Assembly: GCA_022706785.1 (NCBI GenBank)
Contig: JAKJBW010000002.1
Location: 33,367 to 97,366, forward strand
Direction of reading: 5' to 3'
Length of the DNA: 64,000 bases
Origin: Bacillota bacterium
GTDB lineage: Bacteria; Bacillota; Clostridia; UBA1381; UMGS1253
Part shown: in pieces, positions 8,493 to 16,891 of the stretch
How the letters are laid out: every line of letters begins with the position of its first letter
How positions within the stretch are numbered: the stretch's first letter is position 1
The notes under the pieces: generated by a model
The model's database searches: none
Seen by the model: only the letters and a program-made list of their open reading frames with translations
Told to the model about the DNA's origin: nothing
Translations under genes and position numbers: made by a program

Positions 8493-9062
8493 ATGAGATA
8501 TGCCGTACTTTTAAAAGGGATTAACGTCGGCGGAAAAAACACCGTCAGGATGGATGATTTAAAGCAATTGCTTCTTGATTTGGGCCTTTGCAAGGTGAAG
8601 ACCTATATCCAAAGCGGCAATGCTGTCTTTGAAACCGCACTTGACGAAGCCGTTTTGCGCGAGGCAATCAAGACCGGTTTTATTGACCGCTTTGGCTTTG
8701 AAAGTGATGTGCTGATACGGAGCGAAGACGAAATGCGGCTTCTGATTGAACAGCTCCCCATCACAGCGCCTGAGATAGCGGCAGCTCAGGCCGCTGATCC
8801 GCAGGCCCAGCATCTCTATGTTTATTTTTTAGATCATACGCCGGAGCAGACGCAGATCGGCGCAATATGCAGGGAGTGTGCCGGCGAAGATATCCTGCGG
8901 ACAGGAAAAAGAGAGCTGTATCTCCTTTGCCGGCAGAGCATACGGGGGTCAAAGCTCGCGGCCCGTATTGCAAAAGTGTTCGATTCGACTGCTGCGCGCA
9001 ACTGGAGAACAGTCAATCAATTGTACGATATGATGAGAGATAAGGGTGATGAACATGTTTGA
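8493..9062 (+). CDS. DUF1697 family protein
   Basis: The MRYAVLLKGINVGGKN..V.M.DLK N-terminus is characteristic of DUF1697. Confidence 0.65.
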   Translation: MRYAVLLKGINVGGKNTVRMDDLKQLLLDLGLCKVKTYIQSGNAVFETALDEAVLREAIKTGFIDRFGFESDVLIRSEDEMRLLIEQLPITAPEIAAAQAADPQAQHLYVYFLDHTPEQTQIGAICRECAGEDILRTGKRELYLLCRQSIRGSKLAARIAKVFDSTAARNWRTVNQLYDMMRDKGDEHV

Positions 9063-9732
9063 GGGATTTTCTCCCCGCACCATTGACTTTATGTGGAACC
9101 TCCGCTTCAACAACCGGAAAGCCTGGTTTGAAGAGCACAAAGACGAATACCGGCGCGATTTTCTCTATCCCATGAAGGCGTTAGGGCTTGAGGTGTTTGA
9201 ACGGGTCACCGGTCAATACGGCGACCGCGGTTTTATCCACAAGCTTGCGCGCATTTACAAGGATGCCAGACGCCTGCGCGGTGACGGCCCGTACCGGGAT
9301 CATCTGTGGTTTTCCATTGAACGGCCCAGCGAGGAGTGGACATCCACCCCCGTATTCTGGTTTGAGCTGGAGCCAGAAAGCTGGAGCTACGGACTGGGCT
9401 ATTACCAGGCAAAGCCGCTCACCATGGCAAAGCTGCGGGCGCGCATTGACAAAGCGCCGAAGCAATTTGAAAAACTCGTCGCGCCTTTGGCAAAGCAAGA
9501 GGAATTTATTCTGGAAGGCCCGGAGTACGTAAGGAAAAAGGTAGCGCCTACCCCTAAGACAGCCGTGTGGTACAACAAGAAATCCTTTTCATTGATCCAT
9601 AATCAGCAGAATGGTACGGAGCTCTTTTCACCGGAATTAGCTGACCGCCTTGCAGGCGGTTTTGAATTCCTGATGCCATTATACGACTATTTTGTTACAT
9701 TGGATGCCGATCCTGATCCGCAAATCGGATAA
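9055..9732 (+). CDS. DUF2461 (TIGR02453) family protein
   Basis: F..L..NN.KAWFEEHKDEYRR at the N-terminus is typical of DUF2461. The gene overlaps the preceding stop. Confidence 0.6.
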   Translation: MFEGFSPRTIDFMWNLRFNNRKAWFEEHKDEYRRDFLYPMKALGLEVFERVTGQYGDRGFIHKLARIYKDARRLRGDGPYRDHLWFSIERPSEEWTSTPVFWFELEPESWSYGLGYYQAKPLTMAKLRARIDKAPKQFEKLVAPLAKQEEFILEGPEYVRKKVAPTPKTAVWYNKKSFSLIHNQQNGTELFSPELADRLAGGFEFLMPLYDYFVTLDADPDPQIG

Positions 9733-9814
9733 AATAAATGCGGGCGCTCTTGCTAAAGGTGAGGGGAGCCGAATCACATATGGGGTTCAACTCCCCTCCC
9801 CTCAAATAACCAAG

Positions 9815-10091
9815 GCATATCGGCGTCATTGATCACAAACACATTGCAAGGAGATTAAGACATGTATTATTCGACGAACTATTCATCGCCTGTGGGACAG
9901 ATTACGCTGGCCAGCGACGGCGGCAATCTTGTCGGCTTGTGGCTGGAGGGACAAAAATACTTTGGCGGCACCTTGCCGGGGGCTATGACACAAAGCGATG
10001 ATCTGTCTGTATTCGCCGCCGCAAAGGAATGGCTGGACAAGTATTTCGCGGGCAAAAAGCCTGCAATCTCCGACCTGCCCTTAGCGCCTAT
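9815..10091 (+). repeat. diverged direct repeat copy 1 (ogt 5' region)
   Basis: 277 bp are alignable without gaps to 11981..12257, with most positions identical by eye. Confidence 0.8.
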
Positions 10092-10401
10092 CGGCGGGCA
10101 ATTTCGTCAGACCGTATGGGATATTTTATGCCGGATTCCCTACGGCGAGGTCACAACTTACGGCCAGATCGCAAGAGAGGCAGCGGCCAGAATGAACAGG
10201 CCAAGCATGTCGGGTCAGGCGGTTGGCGGAGCCGTGGGGCATAATCCCATCTCCATTATTATTCCCTGCCATCGGGTAGTGGGTGCAAACGGAAGCCTGA
10301 CGGGTTATGCCGGAGGCATCAACAAAAAAATTCAGTTGCTTGAGTTGGAAGGTGTGGATATCTCTGGGTTATTCATACCGGCGAAAGGCACGGCGCTCTG
10401 A
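9862..10401 (+). CDS. ogt: methylated-DNA--protein-cysteine methyltransferase
   Basis: Active-site motif IIIPCHRVV and the upstream YGEVTTYGQIA helix-turn-helix region are present. Confidence 0.85.
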   Translation: MYYSTNYSSPVGQITLASDGGNLVGLWLEGQKYFGGTLPGAMTQSDDLSVFAAAKEWLDKYFAGKKPAISDLPLAPIGGQFRQTVWDILCRIPYGEVTTYGQIAREAAARMNRPSMSGQAVGGAVGHNPISIIIPCHRVVGANGSLTGYAGGINKKIQLLELEGVDISGLFIPAKGTAL

Positions 10402-10534
10402 TCAATGCCCAAACGGCCAATAAACTGATAGACAATGCTACCAAACTGATAAAAGACGGGCAGCGGATCCGCGTGCATGGAACAGAAGGGTATGTAGAAA
10501 TTCTATAAGGGGAACGGAAGGAAGCATATTATAT

Positions 10535-10825
10535 ATGAACCAAAAAACGTACGAGTTTGAAGCCATCATTCAAAAAGTCCCCGGCATAGACGGCGCATAT
10601 ATTGAATTCCCTTATGATGCGAGAGCAGAGTTCGGCAAAGGCGCAGTAAAAGTCCACGCAACTTTTGAAGGAGAGCCTTATGACGGGAGCATCGTTAATA
10701 TGGGCATAAAGAACGCCGACGGCTCGGTGTGCTATATCATAGGTTTGCGCAAGGATATTCGCGCTAAAATTGGTAAACAGCCGGGCGACAGCGTAAAAGT
10801 TACTATTATGGAGAGGGCGGGGTGA
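10535..10825 (+). CDS. DUF1905 family protein
   Basis: [20 protein letters not shown]...[25 protein letters not shown] matches the DUF1905 pattern. Confidence 0.6.
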   Translation: MNQKTYEFEAIIQKVPGIDGAYIEFPYDARAEFGKGAVKVHATFEGEPYDGSIVNMGIKNADGSVCYIIGLRKDIRAKIGKQPGDSVKVTIMERAG

Positions 10826-10832
10826 ACATGAT

Positions 10833-11243
10833 ATGTGGCAATGTCCAAAATGCGGGCGCGTATTCAAGAACCAGAGCCAAGACCACTTTTGCGGCGAACC
10901 GCCGAAAACCATTGACGCATATATTGCCGCCCAACCAGAGAGTGTTCAGCCATTTTTGAATCAGGTCCGGGATACAATCCGCGCCGTGTTGCCGGACGCA
11001 CAGGAGCGCATTTCTTGGAGTATGCCGACCTACTGGAGTAAGCGTAACATTATTCATTTCGCGGCGTTCAAAAAGCATATCGGGTTGTATCCCGGTGATA
11101 AGGCTATTGAGAATTTCGGCGACCGTTTGAAAGAATACAAGACAAGCAAAGGTGCGGTGCAATTGCCGTATGATAAGCCGTTCCCGCTTCCTTTGATTGC
11201 AGAGATTGCGAAATGGTGCTATGAAACAGGGAATCACCACTGA
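10833..11243 (+). CDS. DUF1801 (YdhG-like) protein with an N-terminal CxxC...C zinc-ribbon-like segment
   Basis: IDAYIAAQPESVQPFLNQVRDTIRAVLPDAQERISWSMPTY... is typical of DUF1801. Confidence 0.6.
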   Translation: MWQCPKCGRVFKNQSQDHFCGEPPKTIDAYIAAQPESVQPFLNQVRDTIRAVLPDAQERISWSMPTYWSKRNIIHFAAFKKHIGLYPGDKAIENFGDRLKEYKTSKGAVQLPYDKPFPLPLIAEIAKWCYETGNHH

Positions 11244-11249
11244 TGGAGG

Positions 11250-11783
11250 ATGCGTATGCCAAAAACAAGAAAGATGCTAAGTGACTGGGACGCACCGTAT
11301 ATTCAGTCGCTTGTGAAATTAATTGAAACGCAGAGTAAGGCAACGCTCGCAAATTGGGCAGCCCTTTATTCTGAGCGGGTTATATTGCCGCTGTGGCGCA
11401 AGCACTACCCCGATGACCTGCGTCCGCAAAATGCACTAAATGCCGCTCGGGAGTGGCTATCGGGAGAAATAAAACTGCCGCAGGCGAAACCGATAATCCT
11501 TGAGTGCCATGCGGCTGCCCGCGAAGCAGACGGGAACCCTGCTGCGCAAGCCGCAGCCAGGGCAATCGGTCAATCTGCGTCGACAATTCACTCGGCAAGG
11601 CACTGTATCGGACTTGCGCTATATGGCGCGATAGCGGTTGCGTATGACACGCTCGGGACGAATGCTCCTTGGGCGCAGTTGGAGCAATGTGCCGCCGACG
11701 AGTGCGGACGTATGCTTGACGCGCTGCGCGCCGCCTACGTGGAGAACGAACCAAACCCGGCGAAAATCGACTGGAAATGTTGA
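11250..11783 (+). CDS. hypothetical protein
   Basis: Clean ORF in the same orientation as its neighbours. I can assign no confident family. Confidence 0.5.
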   Translation: MRMPKTRKMLSDWDAPYIQSLVKLIETQSKATLANWAALYSERVILPLWRKHYPDDLRPQNALNAAREWLSGEIKLPQAKPIILECHAAAREADGNPAAQAAARAIGQSASTIHSARHCIGLALYGAIAVAYDTLGTNAPWAQLEQCAADECGRMLDALRAAYVENEPNPAKIDWKC

Positions 11784-11838
11784 TTGTGCCCCGCCGCGGG
11801 GCAGGACATTTTGTGTGAAAATTATCACGGGTGATGTT

Positions 11839-12024
11839 ATGGGTAATTACACAAAGGAAGAATTGGAAGAAGCGCTACGGGCCGTAGCTTCACTGGTCAG
11901 TAAGTGCGAAAAAGCGCAGGAAAGGTTATCGCAGGGTACTTCCCAGTGGACGCTGCTTAAAAACAGGGTCAAAGCGCTCCGCATATCGGCGTCATTGATA
12001 ACAAAAGCATTGCAAGGAGATTAA
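11839..12024 (+). CDS. small helical hypothetical protein
   Basis: The ATG at 11839 gives MGNYTKEELEEALRAVASLVSKCEKAQERL.... The longer track ORF (11638) overlaps the previous gene, so the internal start is preferred. Confidence 0.4.
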   Translation: MGNYTKEELEEALRAVASLVSKCEKAQERLSQGTSQWTLLKNRVKALRISASLITKALQGD

Positions 12025-12257
12025 GACATGTATTATTCGACGAACTGTTCATCGTCTGTGGGACAGATTACGCTGGGGAGTGACGGCGGCAAGCTTGCCG
12101 GCCTGTGGATGGAGGAACAAAAATACTTCGGCGGCACCGTACCGGGGGTGATGACACAAAGCGATGGTCTTCCGGTGTTTGCCGCCTCAAAGGAATGGCC
12201 GGACAGGCATTTTGCGGGCAAAAAGCCTGCAATCTCCGACCTGCCTTTAGCTCCCAT
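11981..12257 (+). repeat. diverged direct repeat copy 2 (ogt 5' fragment)
   Basis: Alignable to 9815..10091, including 47 bp upstream of the ATG and the first ~76 codons. Confidence 0.8.
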
Positions 12258-12273
12258 TAGTATAAACCGATAG
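12028..12273 (+). pseudogene. truncated ogt N-terminal fragment (no catalytic domain)
   Basis: MYYSTNCSSSVGQITLGSDGGKLAGLW...KKPAISDLPLAPI parallels residues 1-76 of the Ogt at 9862, then ends after SINR. The PCHR motif is absent. Confidence 0.7.
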
Positions 12274-12312
12274 GAGCGAAACGCAGAACGAAAATCCGGA
12301 GGCAAACCAAGC

Positions 12313-13482
12313 ATGACATCATTACTATTAGTGGTAATTTACATGGCATTTATCAGCCTGGGACTGCCGGACTCTATACTGGGCTCGGCATGGCCGTCCA
12401 TGTACGGAGCGTTAAACGTACCCGTATCCTATGCGGGCATCATAAGCATGATTATTGCCGGAGGGACGATCATTTCCAGCCTTTTCAGCGATAAGTTTAT
12501 CCGAAAATACAGCACCGGCCTTGTAACGACTCTAAGCGTGGCAATGACAGCTGTGGCGCTTTTGGGATTTTCATTTTCAGGGCCTTTCTGGCAGTTATGC
12601 CTATGGGGAATTCCCTATGGATTAGGCGCGGGAAGCGTGGATGCGGCGTTAAATAATTTTGTGGCGCTGCATTATCAATCACGCCATATGAGCTGGCTGC
12701 ATTGTTTTTGGGGAATCGGCGCAACAGCCGGGGCATATATGATGGGCTTATGCCTGACCAATGGGCTGCAGTGGAATTTGGGGTATCAGGCAATAGGCGT
12801 CATTCAAATCATTTTAGTGCTTTGTCTGCTATTTTCTTTGCCCTTATGGAAAACAAAGCAGGGAAAAGTAGAAACAAAAGCGGAAGAACTAAAAAGCCTC
12901 AGTCTGAGAGAAACATGGAGGCTTTCAGGCGCAAAAGCAGTTTTGACAGCCTTTTTCTGTTACTGTGCGCTGGAATCGACTACAGGCCTTTGGGCAAGCA
13001 GTTACATGGTCTTAAATAAAGGTATCCATAAAGAAACAGCGGCGCAATGGGCGTCTTTGTTTTATTTCGGAATAACGGCGGGCAGATTTTTGAGCGGTTT
13101 TATTACCGGAAAGCTCGGCAATAAAACGATAATCCGCATAGGACAGATAACAGCGGGAATCGGTATCGTGTTTATGCTGCTTCCGCTTGGAAATATATCA
13201 ATGCTTATAGGTTTGGGCCTTATAGGATTAGGATGCGCGCCCATTTATCCAAGTCTGCTGCATGAGACGCCCGGCAATTTTGGCGCAGAAAACTCACAGT
13301 CAATTATGGGGCTGCAAATGGCGTGCGCATATATAGGAGCTACATTTATGTCTCCGTTTTTCGGATTTTTGGCTGACAAAATCAGTATCAGCCTATATCC
13401 GTTTTACCTGATGGTATTTATTGCGCTGATGGTGGTAATGACGGAAATGATGAACAATATTCGTGGTAAAAGAATTCAGTGA
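12313..13482 (+). CDS. MFS transporter
   Basis: 389 aa with about 12 hydrophobic spans and MFS-like loops. Confidence 0.7.
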   Translation: MTSLLLVVIYMAFISLGLPDSILGSAWPSMYGALNVPVSYAGIISMIIAGGTIISSLFSDKFIRKYSTGLVTTLSVAMTAVALLGFSFSGPFWQLCLWGIPYGLGAGSVDAALNNFVALHYQSRHMSWLHCFWGIGATAGAYMMGLCLTNGLQWNLGYQAIGVIQIILVLCLLFSLPLWKTKQGKVETKAEELKSLSLRETWRLSGAKAVLTAFFCYCALESTTGLWASSYMVLNKGIHKETAAQWASLFYFGITAGRFLSGFITGKLGNKTIIRIGQITAGIGIVFMLLPLGNISMLIGLGLIGLGCAPIYPSLLHETPGNFGAENSQSIMGLQMACAYIGATFMSPFFGFLADKISISLYPFYLMVFIALMVVMTEMMNNIRGKRIQ

Positions 13483-13575
13483 TGCTGTTCGATAGCCCTT
13501 TTGCGGGCATCTTTACTTACCTCCGGCATATTTATGATGAATTTTAATTAAAAAAAACAATGAGAAGGTGTTTAC

Positions 13576-13923
13576 ATGTTATTTATCTGCTATCCCAAAT
13601 GCACGACCTGTCAAAAGGCGCAAAACTGGCTTAATGACAACAATTTGGAATATAAGATGCGAAACATAAAAGAAGAAAATCCGTCCTATGACGAATTAAA
13701 AGCATGGTTTGAGATGAGCGGACACCCGCTTACAAAACTCTTTAATGCCAGCGGGCTCTTATATAAATCCATGGGCTTAAAGGACAAGCTTCCTTCCATG
13801 AGCGAGGATGAGCAGTTGAAGCTGCTTGCCACTGACGGCATGCTGGTAAAAAGACCGATTGTGGTGAAGGATGATACTGTTTTGGTTGGGTTTAAAGAAT
13901 CGGATTGGGAAGCTTTGAAATGA
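13576..13923 (+). CDS. ArsC/Spx-family (YffB-like) thioredoxin-fold protein
   Basis: An N-terminal C..C motif (CYPKCTTCQKAQNWL) and a C-terminal LVKRPIVV are typical of the ArsC family. Confidence 0.65.
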   Translation: MLFICYPKCTTCQKAQNWLNDNNLEYKMRNIKEENPSYDELKAWFEMSGHPLTKLFNASGLLYKSMGLKDKLPSMSEDEQLKLLATDGMLVKRPIVVKDDTVLVGFKESDWEALK

Positions 13924-14283
13924 ATAGACGCTATTATTGCTAAAACTTGTTCTTACTTCGTGAGCTTAAAAGAAACTCGTTGGCTATCACTAAGTTGAGG
14001 ATGGACTGAAAAAGAAATCAGCTTATTGATTTCAATGGAGATAATCTTATCGTTCACTCGTTATCACATCCCTTCGGGAGCGATAACAGGACGTTTACTT
14101 CATACTGAGGATCGTCCGTTGGGACGAACTGGCTTTGATTTACGAAGCCGAAACGTTGAAATCTTCCATAAATACTGATATGTTTCAATAAAGGCAAAAA
14201 CCGCACATCCGGCTTTTCGGGCTTGTCCATGCCTGAAAAACCAGTATTTTCAGGGGTTTCCAAGTCTGCGGTACACCCCGGAT

Positions 14284-14295
14284 ACGATATAGGTA
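14284..14295 (+). repeat. attR core (ACGATATAGGTA)
   Basis: Exact 12-bp match to 2151..2162, and the cotJC reading frame resumes through it (GAT ATA GGT ACA GAA GAA). Confidence 0.85.
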
Positions 14296-14705
14296 CAGAA
14301 GAATTGGCTCATCTTGAAATGGTAGGCACGCTGGTACGCCAGCTTGCCAAAAACGCGACAACAAGCCAGATAGAAAAAAGCCCGATGGGGGCTTACTTTA
14401 TTGACCACGATAGGGGCGTATACCCACAAGCCGCAGGCGGGACACCCTTCAGCGCCTCAACATTTGCCGTGACAGGCGACCCCATTGCAGACCTTGTTGA
14501 AGATCTTGCGGCCGAACAAAAAGCCAGAGCCGTTTACGACAATATCCTGCGCGTATCCAATGACGCTGATGTAAATACTGTTATTAAGTTCTTGCGTGAG
14601 CGCGAAGTCGTACATTTCCAGCGTTTCGGCGAAGCATTAAACTACATCCAAAACCGCCGCCCGTCTAAGAAATACATGATAGGCGACATGGACAGCAAGA
14701 AATAA
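14284..14705 (+). CDS. cotJC: CotJC, 3' segment of the split gene
   Basis: From 14295 the frame reads TEELAHLEMVGTLV...GDPIADLVEDLAAEQKARAVY...FLREREVVHFQRF, which are Mn-catalase/CotJC metal-binding helices. The upstream part of track ORF 14223.. is element sequence. Confidence 0.9.
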
Positions 14706-15181
14706 GCACATACCTTATTAAAAAGACAGCCTAAATAGGGCTGATTGTTTTGAATGTGTATAGGACTGCCAAAGGCCGTTTATATGCGGGCTTTGGCAGT
14801 TTGGTGTGTAACGGGAGGCGGCGAATTGCGCAGTATGAGTAAAAGTGATATCATGGGCATAGGCGGATGGAAAACTATGCTGTCAAAGCGATAGCCGGTA
14901 AGTACAGGACAAGTTAAATTTGTTATTTGCCGGAGCCTGTATGCATTTTTTGAAAATTCAAGCCCGGGCTTGGATAAACGTCTCCGGAATGTTTTGCAGG
15001 GCGGAGGGTGCATCTATCTGCTTCGGGCTTTTTTGACACAATACGGATGCCAAACAAACACTTAGAAAAAATATCCATAAATGGGCTCAAATATTTATTG
15101 ACTTTTTGTTAAATATGTGATAGCCTATAACACAGTAACGGAAATGCGTTACGCAATAAATAATTTGGAGGAACAACAAAC

Positions 15182-15382
15182 ATGCAAAAAGGAACAGTAA
15201 AATGGTTCAATGGCGAAAAGGGCTATGGATTTATCCAGAGCGAGAGCGGAGAAGATGTATTTGTGCATTTCTCGGCTATCCAGAGCGAAGGCTACAAAAC
15301 TCTTGAAGAGGGTTCAGCTGTACAATTTGAAGTTATAAGCGGCGCAAAAGGACCTCAGGCTGCCAATGTAACGAAGATCTAA
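15182..15382 (+). CDS. cold-shock protein (CspA family)
   Basis: [15 protein letters not shown] and DVFVHFSAI are the RNP1/RNP2 motifs. Confidence 0.95.
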   Translation: MQKGTVKWFNGEKGYGFIQSESGEDVFVHFSAIQSEGYKTLEEGSAVQFEVISGAKGPQAANVTKI

Positions 15383-15434
15383 TGCGGCGACTTGAGTTTT
15401 AATATAGCAGTCGATATTTCGTAATTGGATAATT

Positions 15435-15467
15435 AAACTGTTTTGGCTAATGCCAAAACAGTTTTTT
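15435..15467 (+). terminator. intrinsic terminator after csp
   Basis: AAACTGTTTTGGC-TAAT-GCCAAAACAGTTT followed by a T run. Confidence 0.8.
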
Positions 15468-15611
15468 TGTGTAAACGAAAATTCCCGACATAAGCGGGTG
15501 GTCATGACTGTACCCGCTTTGTTAATAAAGCTCCAAACATCCAGGGCCGGCAGGGTATGCCGGCAATGGTATGAAAGATGAGCTCCGCACATAATGCCGG
15601 TTGCAGGGCGC

Positions 15612-15986
15612 TTAGTCGGGCAACGACTCTTTGCCTATCCCGATTATTTTGTTTGCGTGATTGACAAAAACTACCTTAGGCAGATACTTTTCCGCTTCTG
15701 CCGGTTCCATTAGAGCATATGCAATGATAATGACAGAGTCGCCCTTTTGCACCATACGCGCCGCCGCACCGTTTAAGCACACGGCGCCGCTGTCTGCTTT
15801 TCCTTCAATAACATATGTTTCAAAACGGGCGCCGTTATTGTTGTTGACAACCTGGACCTTCTGACCGGGCAGCATGCCTGCCGCGTGTAAAAGCGCGGCA
15901 TCTATGGTAATAGAGCCCATATAATTCAGGTCTGCATCGGTCACCGTTGCCCGATGTATTTTTCCAATCATCATTTCAATCATCAT
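15612..15986 (-). CDS. panD: aspartate 1-decarboxylase
   Basis: [22 protein letters not shown] contains the self-processing Gly-Ser site. Confidence 0.9.
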   Translation of the reverse strand: MMIEMMIGKIHRATVTDADLNYMGSITIDAALLHAAGMLPGQKVQVVNNNNGARFETYVIEGKADSGAVCLNGAAARMVQKGDSVIIIAYALMEPAEAEKYLPKVVFVNHANKIIGIGKESLPD

Positions 15987-15991
15987 TTGTG

Positions 15992-16837
15992 CTATACCTC
16001 CAAAACAATATTATCAATGAGCCGTGTTTGCCCGAACCTGACAGCCAGAGCGATCAAAACACGGCCGGCCAAAAGCTCAACCGGCTGCAAGGTGTCAGCA
16101 TTCACAATTTCTACATAGTCTATTAAGTCGGGCGAAGCTTCTTTTAATGTCTGAATCATTGCGTCGTGAATAATCCCGGCGTTGCGCTGCCCGGCCTGCA
16201 CCATTTCCTGCGCCCGGTAAAGCGACCTGCAGAGCGCAGCGGCACGTTTGCGCTCATCACTGCTTAAATATGTGTTGCGTGAGCTTTTTGCCAGGCCGTC
16301 CTCTTCACGGATAATGGGGCACCCTATGATTTTTACGCCCATATTCAAGTCCCTGGCCATTTTTCCTATAATAACGAGCTGCTGGGCATCCTTTTGCCCG
16401 AAGTAAGCACGATCCGGAGTGACAATGTTAAACAGCTTGCACACCACCGAAGCGACACCACGGAAGTGGTCCGGGCGGCTTTTGCCGCACAGCAGGTCCG
16501 ACAGCCCTTCGACATAAACGTAGGTACCATATCCGTCAGGATACATCTCATCCGGGGGCGGCGCGAATAATATATCGGCGCCTGCGTTGCGGGCCGCCTG
16601 TGAATCGGCCTCAAAATCACGCGGATAGGTTTCGTAGTCCTCATTGGGGCCGAACTGCGTGGGATTAACGAATATACTGACGACGGTCAGATCGTTTTCC
16701 GAAGCGCTCTTTTCAATAAGAGATACATGCCCTTCGTGCAAAAAGCCCATGGTGGGCACCAAGCCGACCGACCGCCATTTTGCCTTTTGAAAAGCGATAT
16801 ATTCCTTTAATTCCGGGATTTTATGATATATACGCAA
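15992..16837 (-). CDS. panC: pantoate--beta-alanine ligase
   Basis: [21 protein letters not shown] and YFGQKDAQQ motifs are present. Confidence 0.9.
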   Translation of the reverse strand: MRIYHKIPELKEYIAFQKAKWRSVGLVPTMGFLHEGHVSLIEKSASENDLTVVSIFVNPTQFGPNEDYETYPRDFEADSQAARNAGADILFAPPPDEMYPDGYGTYVYVEGLSDLLCGKSRPDHFRGVASVVCKLFNIVTPDRAYFGQKDAQQLVIIGKMARDLNMGVKIIGCPIIREEDGLAKSSRNTYLSSDERKRAAALCRSLYRAQEMVQAGQRNAGIIHDAMIQTLKEASPDLIDYVEIVNADTLQPVELLAGRVLIALAVRFGQTRLIDNIVLEV

Positions 16838-16891
16838 TATTTTCTGTCCTCCTGTGTGATATTTGCCGCATATAGCGGGATTTGCAATACG

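Larger units (their letters stand above)
2151..14295. mobile_element. 12.1-kb cotJC-intervening element (large serine recombinase, attL/attR cores, non-phage cargo)
   Basis: Bounded by the identical 12-bp direct repeat ACGATATAGGTA at 2151..2162 and 14284..14295. It interrupts cotJC, the recombinase gene lies 170 bp inside the left junction, and deleting one repeat plus the interior restores the frame. Confidence 0.85.

Noticed and set aside
14054-14263. A 69-aa minus-strand ORF in the right arm of the element.
   Set aside because: It has no RBS and a low-complexity, unfamiliar sequence, and it overlaps hairpin-rich non-coding DNA and the palindrome near attR.
2151-14295. Reading the inserted element as an intact prophage.
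   Set aside because: No terminase, portal, capsid, tail, lysis or replication genes are recognisable. At 12 kb it is too small, and the cargo is metabolic and detoxification genes.
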